From: an uncultured Coriobacteriaceae bacterium
Lineage (GTDB): Bacteria > Actinomycetota > Coriobacteriia > Coriobacteriales > Eggerthellaceae
DNA length: 44,225 nt
NCBI GenBank assembly: GCA_902788545.1
Contig: CADAKR010000008.1
Coordinates: forward strand, 1-44,225
Reading direction: 5' to 3'
Shown: piece by piece, positions 1 through 9,029 of the stretch
Position numbering within the stretch: position 1 is the stretch's first letter
How the letters are laid out: each line of letters starts with the position of its first letter
Position numbers and translations under genes: made by a program
The notes under the pieces: generated by a model
Seen by the model: the letters and a program-made list of their open reading frames with translations, nothing else
What the model was told of the DNA's origin: nothing
Database searches by the model: none

Positions 1-68
1 ATTTTACCCATTATTCGACCGTAGAGAACAACGGGGTGGCAGATGGGGCCACTTAGCCTCCTGTCCCC

Positions 69-101
69 GTGGGTTTTTCTCTCCTGTCCCCGAAAACCCA
101 C
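69..101 (-). repeat. Family-3 stem-loop element, copy 1
   Basis: On the - strand it reads GTGGGTTTTCGGGGACAGGAGAGAAAAACCCAC (9-bp stem, 15-nt loop). The first 26 nt match 42110-42135 (+) at 25/26. An extra partial copy CGGGGACAGGAG (- strand) lies at 58-69. The element begins right after the stop of the 102-686 gene. Confidence 0.55.
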
Positions 102-686
102 CTAACGCAATGCAAGCACGCTGTGGTGGTCGTACTTGAAATCCTTGACAGCCAGCACGGTGCACAGAGCTTCGGAGTGCTTGATGAACAGCGTGTCGTG
201 ACCGGCACAGAGGCCGATGAGGACGTTCAAGTCGGTTTGCTCTTTGTTGAGCACCTGAGCCTGGTAGATGGGATTGCACAGCACCGAATCGGGCTTGCGG
301 CCGACGTGCAGGTCGAGGTCCGCATGCGTGATGGTGCCCATCTTGCATATGGCGCCCACCACCTCGAAGCCCGCCGCGCGCAGCACTTTACCGGCATTGC
401 GCACCTCCGAAGCCAGGCTGACGCAGCCGGCGATGCCGATTTTCCGGGCGTCGATGCCCTTCGCGAAGAGGACGGTCTCCTCGAGGCGGCTGAGCTTGTT
501 GTCGAAAGCCGTGCCGGCCGATGCTGCAGCGGCCTCCACGACGCGCCGGTTCTCGGGGTCGGCAAGCCTTTCGCCAAGCCACGGCTCGTGCTCCAAATCA
601 AACCCTTCTGCAGGGCAGAACGCCGGATGCTGGCCATCGGGCCTCCGGCATCCGTTCAAACCGCAATCCACGCACGAGTATTGCAT
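102..686 (-). CDS. DUF1847-like Cys-rich metal-binding protein
   Basis: 194-aa ORF with an N-terminal CxxCxxxxC cluster and a later CNP...GLCAGHD...VKD pattern, which I associate with DUF1847. GGAGG lies 4 nt upstream of the ATG. Confidence 0.65.
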   Translation of the reverse strand: MQYSCVDCGLNGCRRPDGQHPAFCPAEGFDLEHEPWLGERLADPENRRVVEAAAASAGTAFDNKLSRLEETVLFAKGIDARKIGIAGCVSLASEVRNAGKVLRAAGFEVVGAICKMGTITHADLDLHVGRKPDSVLCNPIYQAQVLNKEQTDLNVLIGLCAGHDTLFIKHSEALCTVLAVKDFKYDHHSVLALR

Positions 687-779
687 AGCACCTCCGTCTA
701 TAGGGAATGCGGGGCATCGCTTTCGATACGATTCTACACTGTTAAACTACGAGTATATCGACCACTGAAAAGAGGAGCC

Positions 780-1193
780 ATGATCGACGAGAGCTGTCCC
801 ATCGAAGAAGTGCGCAAGCTGTTCGCGGGCGACCGTTTCGCAACAGAGGCATGCGGGTGCCGCGTCGTCGAAGCCGCACGCGGTCATGCCGTATGCGAGT
901 TCGACATCACCGACACGCACTTGAACGCCATGGGCAATGTCATGGGCGGCGCCATCTTCACATTGGCCGATTTCGCATTGGCCGTCGCCTTCAACATTGG
1001 AGAAGAGCACACGATGGGCGTGAGCAACTCCATCCAGTTCTTCAACGCAACGCGCGGCAGCAAGCTCATCGCCACGTGCCATGCCGAGAAAAACGGGCGC
1101 AACCTGGTCTTCTGCACTTGCGACATTGTCGACGACCTGGGAATCCCCATTGCGAAAATGACTGCCACCGGGTTCCGTCGCAGCCACTCGTAG
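780..1193 (+). CDS. PaaI-type hotdog-fold thioesterase
   Basis: 137 aa from the internal ATG at 780 of ORF 69-1193; the upstream part of that ORF is an antisense shadow of 102-686. AAGAGGAG lies directly upstream. The GNVMGGAIFTLADFA motif is typical of PaaI thioesterases. Confidence 0.75.
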   Translation: MIDESCPIEEVRKLFAGDRFATEACGCRVVEAARGHAVCEFDITDTHLNAMGNVMGGAIFTLADFALAVAFNIGEEHTMGVSNSIQFFNATRGSKLIATCHAEKNGRNLVFCTCDIVDDLGIPIAKMTATGFRRSHS

Positions 1194-1256
1194 CCATTTG
1201 AAGCGAAGCCCGGCGGGGCGCAAACAGGCGCTCACCACGGTGAAGAAAAATAGATA

Positions 1257-1285
1257 TTGTCTTTTGCTAGACAATGTCTTATAAT
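1257..1285 (+). promoter_or_regulatory. Near-consensus sigma70-type promoter with no downstream CDS
   Basis: TTGTCT (1257-1262), 17-nt spacer, TATAAT (1280-1285). The inverted repeat ATTGTC-N8-GACAAT overlaps the spacer. The site lies between convergent genes ending at 1193 (+) and 1513 (-). Confidence 0.5.
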
Positions 1286-1291
1286 CGAGAT

Positions 1292-1400
1292 GGTCTGAAG
1301 CTCGGCGGGGGCCTTCCCTCCTTTTATAGGCTCCCGCCCTTGCTTATCTAACGGGCCGTCGCATCCCTCTCCTCCTTCATGCGATGGCCCGCTCTCGTTC
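1292..1400 (+). ncRNA. Candidate small RNA with two CU-rich (CCUCC) hairpin loops; 3' end undefined
   Basis: Hairpin 1 has stems 1304-1313/1329-1338 (10 bp including one G-U) and loop UUCCCUCCUUUUAUA. Hairpin 2 has stems 1352-1364/1379-1391 (13 bp including one G-U) and loop CCCUCUCCUCCUUC. It starts about 7 nt after the TATAAT box. No credible ORF or SD is present. Confidence 0.35.
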
Positions 1401-1512
1401 AAACGCCGGCAATACCTGATGTTGCCCCCCTGCCATTGGCATGCGGGATTGCAAGCTCCGCCCAAAACCCGTCAAGGCAGTTTCGATGATTCGATATTCG
1501 CCCGCGCAGGCG

Positions 1513-1992
1513 CTACGCTTTCGGGAAGGTGCGCTCACCGTAGTAGCCGGCGTCGAAGGCGGCGTCTTTCATGCCGCAGCCGCCCTGGTAGCACGTCGGA
1601 CGGAAGTCGAGCACCTTTTTGTACAGCGTCGGATTGTCCCGCAACTTCACGAGCATGGCGTAGACCGCCGCGCCGTCGATCGACACGATGCGGTCGTTAT
1701 GCGCCTTCATGGCGAAATAGACGTCTGCAGCCGTGTTGCCCTCAATGCTGATGGGATTTTCAACCTTGTCGAAGAAGCGCGGCGCCGGTTGGTCGACGTA
1801 GCGGCAGAACTCCCGGTAGATATCGTCGTTTTCGGGCGCGAACAGCGTATCCGAATAGTCGGGCCGATGCGTCAGGAACGATTCCTCCTCGGAAAACCCC
1901 GCGTCCAGCTCGGCGAAGTAATCGCGCGCCGTTTTCCCCCGTTCGGCCAGGCCCGCCTCGACAAGCTTCATCTCGTCTTCGTATGATCCCAT
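1513..1992 (-). CDS. Hypothetical protein (159 aa)
   Basis: The ATG at 1992 is preceded by GAAGGAGG. The composition is acidic and coding-like. I recognised no family. The longer start at 2061 lacks an RBS. Confidence 0.6.
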   Translation of the reverse strand: MGSYEDEMKLVEAGLAERGKTARDYFAELDAGFSEEESFLTHRPDYSDTLFAPENDDIYREFCRYVDQPAPRFFDKVENPISIEGNTAADVYFAMKAHNDRIVSIDGAAVYAMLVKLRDNPTLYKKVLDFRPTCYQGGCGMKDAAFDAGYYGERTFPKA

Positions 1993-2090
1993 GCGGTCCT
2001 CCTTCGACAGGCATCGTGCGTACCGTGTCACCCTGGCCAATTGTAACCCAAGCGCCTGCACAATCGAGAACCAGCGCCGTTCGTTGTATC

Positions 2091-4253
2091 ATGTCGCTAT
2101 ATCCTGTCGCCTATCGCGAGGAACCCGTGGAGACATTCGAGCTCATACTCATCCTTCTGGCTTGCGTCATCGTGTCGGCGCCCATCGACCAGGTGCTGCG
2201 GCGCGTGGCGCTGCCGCTCGTGCAGGTGGGCATCGGGTTCGCAGTGGCGCTCATTTTGCCCGAAGTAGCCCATGTGTACATCGATCCCGAACTGTTCCTG
2301 GCACTGTTCATCGCGCCGTTGCTGTTCAACGAGGCGCGCGAATCGGTCAAAGCCGACCTGTTCCACAACCTCGGGCACATCTTGTCCATGGCCATCGGCC
2401 TGGTGCTGATCACCGTGCTCGTCGTAGGGTTTTCCCTGAATTGGCTTGTGCCCTCCATCCCGTTGGCCGCCGCATTCGCCTGCGCGGGAGCGCTCGGGCC
2501 GACCGACGCCGCCGCCGTTGGCGCGTTGGGATCGACCATCTCGCTGACCCGCCGGCAGAAGACGCTGCTCACAGGCGAGGCGCTCATCAACGACGCGTCG
2601 GGCGTCGTGTCGTTCCAGTTCGCAATCGCCGCCGCGGTCACCGGCACGTTTTCGGCAGCCGATGCCGGCGCATCGTTTCTCGTGCTGTTCTTCGGCGGCA
2701 TCGCGGCAGGTGTCGTCATGGGCGCGCTTGCCGTCTCTTCGGTGACGATTCTGCGCCGCCATGGATTCGAAAACACGGTCGTTCACGTGCTTTACGAGGT
2801 GCTGACGCCCTTCGTCGTGTTCCTCGCCGCCGAGGCGCTCCACGTGAGCGGCATCCTCGCCGTCGTCGCCGCGGGACTCATCATGGCCAACAGCAAGTTC
2901 GCGCTGTACTCCACCGAAATCGCGCGTCAACAAGTGCTGTCAAGCGGCGTGTGGGAAGTGCTCGTGTTCCTGATCAATGGCGTGTTGTTCGTGCTGTTGG
3001 GAATGCAGCTGCCCCAGGCCATGTCCCCCACGCTCCAAAGCTCGTTCAGCCTGCTGCAGCTCATCGGCATCATCCTCGTCATGACAACGCTCGTGACAGA
3101 CGTGCGGTTCGTGTGGGTCACCTTCCTCGAGTTCGTCGACCGCAACCGCGAGACCGGCGAGCGCGGCATCGACCATCCGAAACGGGCGATCAAAGACTCG
3201 CTCATCACCACCATCGCCGGCCCCAAGGGCGCGGTCACGCTTTCCATCATCCTCACCATTCCGTTGACGGTTGCCGATGGCAGCGCCTTCCCCAACCGCG
3301 ACCTCATCATCTTCCTCACAGCGGGCACCATCTTGATGACGCTCATCGTGGCCAATGTCTTCCTGCCGATCCTGGCCGGCGGGAGCGAAAAAGCGCATAC
3401 GGAAGACGACATGCTCGTCGCTCGGATCGCCGTGCTCGACGCCACGCTGAAACGCATCCGCACCATCCTGAAATCAGACGAGAACGCCGACTACGTGCCT
3501 GCCCTGCGCCTCGTGGCTGCGCGCTACCGCAGCCGTCTGTTCCGCGCCCGACTGGAGCACGAAGGCTGCGGCGACATCATGCGCGAGCTGATGGACGAGG
3601 TTTTCGACCTGCAGGAAGCGCGCGCCGAGGAGATTCGCATCGAGAGGGGCGAGACGCTGACGGCAAGGCAGCTTGCATCCCGCAAGAGAATATTGCGCAA
3701 CATCAGGCGCTCGGTCGGCTACGGCGGCGGAGCGGACAGGGTGGGCACCGGTGCCGGCAGCTTCGCTGGCGTACTGGCCACGCTGCTGACGCGCGCTTTC
3801 CCCGCAAACGTGGAAGGCGAGCAAGCCGAGCGGATCTATTACGACACGTGCCTGTTCGCCATCGACCTTGAACGCGTCGCCATCGACTACCTGGAGGGCG
3901 TCGTCGCGGAAAGCGACGGACAGCGTGCGGAGATCGCCCAGGTGCTGGCCAACGAGCACCAAAGCGTGTGCGAGTCGCTGTGGGGCCGCATCAACTATGG
4001 GCAGGACGAAGCGCACGATCCCGCGATGGACATCGAGCACACCGTGGACGAGAAGATGCCGACAGGCATGCTCCAAACGTTCAGCGAGCAGTTCAAGCAA
4101 GCGCGCCAGCACGCCGACGAAGCCGACGCCTTGGCGCTCAGCATCGAGCTGGAAGAAATCAATCGCCTGCGCACAAGCGAAAAGATCACGAAGCAGCAAG
4201 CCCACGAGCTGCGCGAGGGCGTCTACCTTATGCAGATGACATTAACGGAGTGA
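2091..4253 (+). CDS. Na+/H+ antiporter (CPA1 family) with a long C-terminal cytoplasmic domain
   Basis: 720 aa from ATG 2091. It has multiple TM helices, and motifs such as GALGPTDAAAV and LLTGEALINDASGVV are typical of NhaP/CPA1 exchangers. The roughly 300-aa hydrophilic tail is unassigned. Confidence 0.85.
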   Translation: MSLYPVAYREEPVETFELILILLACVIVSAPIDQVLRRVALPLVQVGIGFAVALILPEVAHVYIDPELFLALFIAPLLFNEARESVKADLFHNLGHILSMAIGLVLITVLVVGFSLNWLVPSIPLAAAFACAGALGPTDAAAVGALGSTISLTRRQKTLLTGEALINDASGVVSFQFAIAAAVTGTFSAADAGASFLVLFFGGIAAGVVMGALAVSSVTILRRHGFENTVVHVLYEVLTPFVVFLAAEALHVSGILAVVAAGLIMANSKFALYSTEIARQQVLSSGVWEVLVFLINGVLFVLLGMQLPQAMSPTLQSSFSLLQLIGIILVMTTLVTDVRFVWVTFLEFVDRNRETGERGIDHPKRAIKDSLITTIAGPKGAVTLSIILTIPLTVADGSAFPNRDLIIFLTAGTILMTLIVANVFLPILAGGSEKAHTEDDMLVARIAVLDATLKRIRTILKSDENADYVPALRLVAARYRSRLFRARLEHEGCGDIMRELMDEVFDLQEARAEEIRIERGETLTARQLASRKRILRNIRRSVGYGGGADRVGTGAGSFAGVLATLLTRAFPANVEGEQAERIYYDTCLFAIDLERVAIDYLEGVVAESDGQRAEIAQVLANEHQSVCESLWGRINYGQDEAHDPAMDIEHTVDEKMPTGMLQTFSEQFKQARQHADEADALALSIELEEINRLRTSEKITKQQAHELREGVYLMQMTLTE

Positions 4254-4265
4254 CGGAGGCAGGCC

Positions 4266-6446
4266 ATGAGGAGCATCCACCGCGCTGCAGCTTTTCTTGC
4301 GCTGGTGCTCTTGTGCGGTGCGCTGTTGGCCAGCTGCATGGCGAACACCCCCAGCAATCAATCCGGTTCAAGCACGTCAACACGAGAGGATGTGGGCAAC
4401 GTGGAGCAGTTGCAAGTGCGCACGATACGACACGAGGTGGCTCAGGTCGGCGAGCAGACGGGCAATGGCGCCTATGGCGAATACACCGAGATCGCGCTCG
4501 AGTCTGCGGGATACGATGCGTTGAAAGCCGCCCTCGATGCGCGCAATGCGCAAGCCGCCGCCCATACGCAGCAGCGCCTGACCGACCACGCCAACGACCC
4601 CGCAGCCGAGGGCATGACCGAGGCCGACCGCATGAACCTGGCGCTTGGCGGCGCCGACAAGACAGTCGAGGCGACGCCCTTCGTCAACTTCTTGACCGAG
4701 GGGGCACTTACACGCGCCGACAGCAGCCTGGTGTGCCTGCTCGAAACCGAATGCGCGGAAAACGAGGGCTGGGGCAAGAAGCTCCGTTTCACCACGCGCG
4801 TGTACGAAGCGCAGACGGGCCGCGAACTTGCGCTGAGCGACCTGGTTGCCGACACGTCGCAACTTCCCGCGCTCGTTGACGAGGCGCTGCATCGGAAGTA
4901 CTTCTTCGACGGCGCGTTCGAAGAAGGCGAGGATGCGGCGGCTGTCGTGAAGGCCAAGCTGGAAGCCGGCACGTTGGCTTGGACTGCCGATTACCTGGGC
5001 ATGCGGTTCTACTTCGACAGCGCCGACTTCCACCACGCCGACATGTTCTACGGCATGTGCGTTTCCATCCCCTATGAAGCGCATCCCGACCTGTTCGCCG
5101 AAACATGCCGGGACACACCCGCCGATTTCATCGCGCAGCTGGAATACGATGCGGCCTACCAGCTGCCGGGCGACGCGAAGGGGCGCTCGGTGCGCCTCAT
5201 CCGCACGCACGAAGAGAACCGAAGCCTCGGCCTGCTCGGCACATCCCCCGCCGACACGAGCCAAACCGCCGGCTGGACATTCACCACGCAGGTCGGCACG
5301 GGTTCTGGCGATAGCTTCGCGCCTACAGGCGAGGCGTCGAACAGCCCGTGGTTCTACGACATGAGCCGGCAGGACTACGCTCCTTGCCTCGTTTGCGCAG
5401 GCGGGCGCTATTTCGTGTACGGATTCGGCGACCGCGACTCCGACGATTACAAGACGGCTGCGTACGACCTGAACGGCGATGCGCCCAAGCTGATAAAGGA
5501 GCTGAGCGAGGGCTTTATAGCGCAGGCGTGTTACACGCGATGGGCCTTCCCCTGCAACCCGGCGGCCGTGACCATGGCCGACCGCGACTGCTTGGCGAGC
5601 TACGACCGCATCACGTTCGAACGCGATTGCCGCATCGATGCGGAAACGGGCCTGCCTTCGCCCGAACCCGCCGAGTACGACGCGCATACGGTGAACGAAG
5701 CGTACAAGATGCGCATGGCCGTGAACGGCACCCGCATAGGCGACGACGGCTCGGCGTACGGCGAGTTTACCGTTCCCGAAGGGGCCGTGTGCGTGCTGGA
5801 ATCGGGCGTGTGCCACGACCATTACAACATGCGGCTCGACGACGGCAACCTCGTGCGCCTCGCTTACGATGCGCGCACGCGCAAGATCGAAGACCACTAC
5901 ACCGCCGACATCATGTCAGTGGTGCCGGCTGCCGCAGCTGATTCGGCGAGCATCGAGACGGGCCCTCGGAAGCGCACGGTGAGGCAACACGGCCGCGAAG
6001 TGCCGCTCGTACCCGAAACCGGCAACATCGTCGGCGCGGGCGCCATCATCGACTACGGCGACACCCCTTGGTGGATCGCCGAGGAGTTCGCGGGCTCATG
6101 GACCATGACCGAAGCCGACCGCGCGCTCATTGCGGATCGGTATTCGGATGGCAATGCCCCCACCGATGGCAAGCTCGACATTCGCGAGGACGGCACGTTC
6201 ACGCTCGTGTTCGACGGCGACACCTACGAGGGCACGCTCAACGATGAGCGTTGTTGGGGCATGTACGCCTCGGGCACCGTGCAACGCGTCGGCGCATCGG
6301 AGGACCAATCGGCCTGGTTCGACTACATGAAGGAAAGCAAGTCTGATGAATCATGGACCCGCATCGAGCTCCACGTCGACGGCTTGCCCTACCCGCTGTC
6401 CGAGGAATACACGCCCTTCCAGTGCTTCCTGACCCGCAACGCCTGA
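4266..6446 (+). CDS. Large putative lipoprotein, unknown function
   Basis: 726-aa ORF with a signal peptide and lipobox (LLASC). GGAGG lies 7 nt upstream of the start. No domain was recognised with confidence. Confidence 0.7.
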   Translation: MRSIHRAAAFLALVLLCGALLASCMANTPSNQSGSSTSTREDVGNVEQLQVRTIRHEVAQVGEQTGNGAYGEYTEIALESAGYDALKAALDARNAQAAAHTQQRLTDHANDPAAEGMTEADRMNLALGGADKTVEATPFVNFLTEGALTRADSSLVCLLETECAENEGWGKKLRFTTRVYEAQTGRELALSDLVADTSQLPALVDEALHRKYFFDGAFEEGEDAAAVVKAKLEAGTLAWTADYLGMRFYFDSADFHHADMFYGMCVSIPYEAHPDLFAETCRDTPADFIAQLEYDAAYQLPGDAKGRSVRLIRTHEENRSLGLLGTSPADTSQTAGWTFTTQVGTGSGDSFAPTGEASNSPWFYDMSRQDYAPCLVCAGGRYFVYGFGDRDSDDYKTAAYDLNGDAPKLIKELSEGFIAQACYTRWAFPCNPAAVTMADRDCLASYDRITFERDCRIDAETGLPSPEPAEYDAHTVNEAYKMRMAVNGTRIGDDGSAYGEFTVPEGAVCVLESGVCHDHYNMRLDDGNLVRLAYDARTRKIEDHYTADIMSVVPAAAADSASIETGPRKRTVRQHGREVPLVPETGNIVGAGAIIDYGDTPWWIAEEFAGSWTMTEADRALIADRYSDGNAPTDGKLDIREDGTFTLVFDGDTYEGTLNDERCWGMYASGTVQRVGASEDQSAWFDYMKESKSDESWTRIELHVDGLPYPLSEEYTPFQCFLTRNA

Positions 6447-6455
6447 TCACGGCCT

Positions 6456-6482
6456 GGATGCCCGCCTCAGAGGCGGACGTCC
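6456..6482. repeat. Family-1 palindrome (short form) between convergent genes
   Basis: GGATGCCCGCC-TCAGA-GGCGGACGTCC; the arms match at 9/11. It shares the GGACG...CTCAGAGGC...CGTCC architecture with copies at 20515, 23263, 30991, 36322 and 40503. Confidence 0.5.
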
Positions 6483-6490
6483 AATGCCGG

Positions 6491-7243
6491 TCAGACGCGG
6501 GCGAAGGTGAGGCAGCTTACCTCCCGGCAGCCGGCGGCGAGCAGGGCGTCGGAGGCGGCGCAGAGGGTTGCGCCCGTGGTGAAGACGTCGTCGACGAGCA
6601 AGATGCGGTTGGGAAGCCGCCCATCGAGTGCATGGAAACTGCCGGCGAGGTTCGCGATGCGCTGCGCGCCGGTGAGCTTGCGCTGATCGCGGGTTTTCGG
6701 GCGCGCGAGGGTTTCGATGCAGGGGATATCGATGGCCGCGGCGACATCGCGGGCAATCAGCTGCGCGTGGTCGAATCCCCGATAGCGTTCAGCTGCCAGC
6801 GTGGCGGGCACGAACGTGATGGCGTCGAATTCCCACGAAGGCGCCACCATGCGCACCATCGCGGCCGCCATCACGTGCGCCAGCCGCTGTTCGCCCTGGT
6901 CCTTGAACACCCGCACCAGCCTGCCAGTCGCCTCGTCGAACGCCATCGCGCTCGCACAGCGGGCGAACGGCCAGTCGTCCCTTGCGAGGCGGCGCAGCGC
7001 CACGGGATTGCAGGCATCGCATTGCACGTGCCCGAACGGCGAACCGCACCTATGACATGCGCGCCACCAGTCCACATGCGCAAGACTGCGCGCGCACCTC
7101 TCGCACAGCACGTCGCCCGGCATGTCGCAGAGCGCGCAGCGGGTCGGCCACAGCGTCTCTGCAACGGCTTCGCCTGCGAAGCTCAGGATACGGTGCAGCT
7201 TGTCTCGCGTCTCGCCCATGAGGCGATGGTAGGCGCGCAGCAT
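6491..7243 (-). CDS. comFC: ComF-family phosphoribosyltransferase-like protein
   Basis: 250 aa. The N terminus has Cys4 zinc-finger-like motifs (CALCD...CERC, CHRCG...CDAC). The C terminus has the PRTase motif ILLVDDVFTTGAT. Confidence 0.8.
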   Translation of the reverse strand: MLRAYHRLMGETRDKLHRILSFAGEAVAETLWPTRCALCDMPGDVLCERCARSLAHVDWWRACHRCGSPFGHVQCDACNPVALRRLARDDWPFARCASAMAFDEATGRLVRVFKDQGEQRLAHVMAAAMVRMVAPSWEFDAITFVPATLAAERYRGFDHAQLIARDVAAAIDIPCIETLARPKTRDQRKLTGAQRIANLAGSFHALDGRLPNRILLVDDVFTTGATLCAASDALLAAGCREVSCLTFARV

Positions 7244-7291
7244 CTCATTTCATGCCGAGCGCAGTCTACGGCAATGGCCTGCGCGAATGAC

Positions 7292-7324
7292 AAAGGCCCG
7301 GCGGTTTTGCACTGCCGGGCCTTT
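7292..7324 (-). terminator. Hairpin terminator downstream of the GT2 gene
   Basis: Perfect 11-bp stem AAAGGCCCGGC/GCCGGGCCTTT, followed on the - strand by TTTGTCATT. Confidence 0.55.
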
Positions 7325-7369
7325 GGAACCTCTCAAAAACCTGTCGGAATGCCGACGGAAACGCCTTCG

Positions 7370-8704
7370 CTAGTCCGCGTTCGCGCGCATCGCAAGCGTC
7401 TCGCTGGCCTTGGACTCGCCGAACTCCTCGGCCGACATCGCGATCGTGTGCTTGATCGGCTTCCACTCGGCCTTCTTCACCAGCGCAACCAGGGCGATGG
7501 GGATGTAGGTCAGCATGAACAGGGGGAACGTGAACATGTAGCGGATCTTCTTGCCCGTGGTGGAACGGATGGAATCCCATTCCACGAACGTGGTGAGCAC
7601 GCCGAACATGAACATGACGACCACGTAGCTGAGCATGCAGAACGCAAGCGACGAAATCGAAGACGCCACCATGACGCCCGTCGACATGAAGCCCGTCAGG
7701 CCCATGATCAAGATCGTGGCGTTGAACAACACCGAAATGATGGTCAAAAGCATCGCCGGCGAGATTGTCATCAGCATGTCGTAGCAGGCGAACCGGTAGC
7801 CCTTCTTCTGCGTGAAGATGCCCTTCACCAGGCCGCCGGCGTACTTGCCGAACACCTGGTAGAAGCCCTTGGCCCAGCGGAAGCGCTGGTTCCACGAATC
7901 GCGGAACGTGATGGGCTGCTCGTCGTAGAGCACGGCCGTCGGGCAGTACGAGATGCGCAGGCCGTCGATGATGCTGCTGGTGGAAAACTCGATGTCCTCG
8001 GTCAGCAGGTGCCACTTCCAGCCGCCGACCTTGTTGATGATCTCGGCGCTGATGAAAAAGCCCGTGCCGGAAATGGCGCAGCTCGTGTTCAGGTTCAGGC
8101 GCGCCTGGCTGAGGAACTTCGCCTCGCGTAGGAACCACGTGGCGTAACCGGCGGAAATCCAGTTCGAATCGTAGTTCTTCGAGTTGCGGTAGCTCGTGGA
8201 TGCCAAGGCGCCGTTGTCGAAGGTCTTGTTCATCTCGCGGAAGTAGTTCACGTCAAGCACGTTGTCGGCGTCGAACACGAAATACGCCTCGTAGCCCCGG
8301 TCGGCGTAGCGCGACAATATCGTCTTTATGGCGAAGTCGAGCGCGTAGCCCTTGCCGATGAGCTCCTCGTTGAAGCGGCGAAACACGATGGCGCCGGCTT
8401 CCTCGGCAATCTCGGCCGTGTTGTCGGTGCAGTTGTCGGCGATGACAAAGATGTCGATGAGCTCGGCCGGGTAGTTCTGCACCTTGATGGAATGGATGAG
8501 GTTGCCGATGACGGCTTCCTCGTTACGCGCCGAGATGAGCACGGCGTAACGGTGGTTCTTCTTGGCCGTGAGCTCGACCGGCTTGGTCGTCAGCACGTTG
8601 AACACGTAAAACAGCTGATAGGCGAAACAAATGGTGAATGCGAGAAACACGCTGAAGTTGAACACATCGACGAACGACACTTGCGAGAAAAACTGATCTA
8701 CCAC
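7370..8704 (-). CDS. Membrane-embedded processive family-2 glycosyltransferase (PNAG/cellulose-synthase-like)
   Basis: 444 aa with a GTG start. It has the motifs ISARNEE, DNCTDNT, FDADN (DxD), LTEDIEF (TED) and NQRFRWAKG (QxxRW), plus an N-terminal and several C-terminal TM helices. Confidence 0.85.
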   Translation of the reverse strand: MVDQFFSQVSFVDVFNFSVFLAFTICFAYQLFYVFNVLTTKPVELTAKKNHRYAVLISARNEEAVIGNLIHSIKVQNYPAELIDIFVIADNCTDNTAEIAEEAGAIVFRRFNEELIGKGYALDFAIKTILSRYADRGYEAYFVFDADNVLDVNYFREMNKTFDNGALASTSYRNSKNYDSNWISAGYATWFLREAKFLSQARLNLNTSCAISGTGFFISAEIINKVGGWKWHLLTEDIEFSTSSIIDGLRISYCPTAVLYDEQPITFRDSWNQRFRWAKGFYQVFGKYAGGLVKGIFTQKKGYRFACYDMLMTISPAMLLTIISVLFNATILIMGLTGFMSTGVMVASSISSLAFCMLSYVVVMFMFGVLTTFVEWDSIRSTTGKKIRYMFTFPLFMLTYIPIALVALVKKAEWKPIKHTIAMSAEEFGESKASETLAMRANAD

Positions 8705-8835
8705 AGCTTCCTTCTTCTAACGCGCCGCCCCCTCGCGGCTCCCGGCGTTCATTGGGGTGCCGGTCCTTCCCCTTCCCATATGTTGTGCCCTCAGGTACAA
8801 CGAAGGCTCACTTTCGCGAGCCGATGGGGATTATA
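8705..8835 (-). promoter_or_regulatory. Putative promoter (-10 TATAAT at 8835-8830) and ~120-nt structured 5' leader of the GT2 gene
   Basis: On the - strand, TATAAT is followed by four short hairpins. Their + strand coordinates are 8805-8822, 8782-8801, 8742-8763 and 8724-8739. The -35 element is weak. Confidence 0.3.
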
Positions 8836-8987
8836 GCGACTGTGCCGCCATGCAAGCGCGAGCTTTTGTTGACAATTGGAAAACACGCAGGTCAGCCACG
8901 TTTTCTGCACAATTGCGCAAATATTCTCCATCATCGCCCCACAACGAGCGCCAGAAATAGGTTTTCGAGCGAAGGGGCGTAAAGCCA

Positions 8988-9024
8988 ACTTGAGCCAAAA
9001 GGGGATACTCCTTTTGGCTCAAGT
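8988..9024. repeat. Family-2 palindrome (GGGGATACTCC core)
   Basis: Perfect 15-bp arms ACTTGAGCCAAAAGG / CCTTTTGGCTCAAGT around the loop GGATACT. The core is shared with copies at 18479-18559 and 37064-37110. Confidence 0.6.
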
Positions 9025-9029
9025 CGATG

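Noticed and set aside
1232-1465. 77-aa - strand ORF in the sRNA region
   Set aside because: It has no RBS and an odd Gly/Cys/Pro composition. It spans two strong hairpins and the promoter of the opposite strand.
1983-2090. N-terminal 36 codons of the antiporter ORF
   Set aside because: This stretch overlaps the divergent 1513-1992 gene start and is not hydrophobic. The ATG at 2091 precedes the first TM helix.
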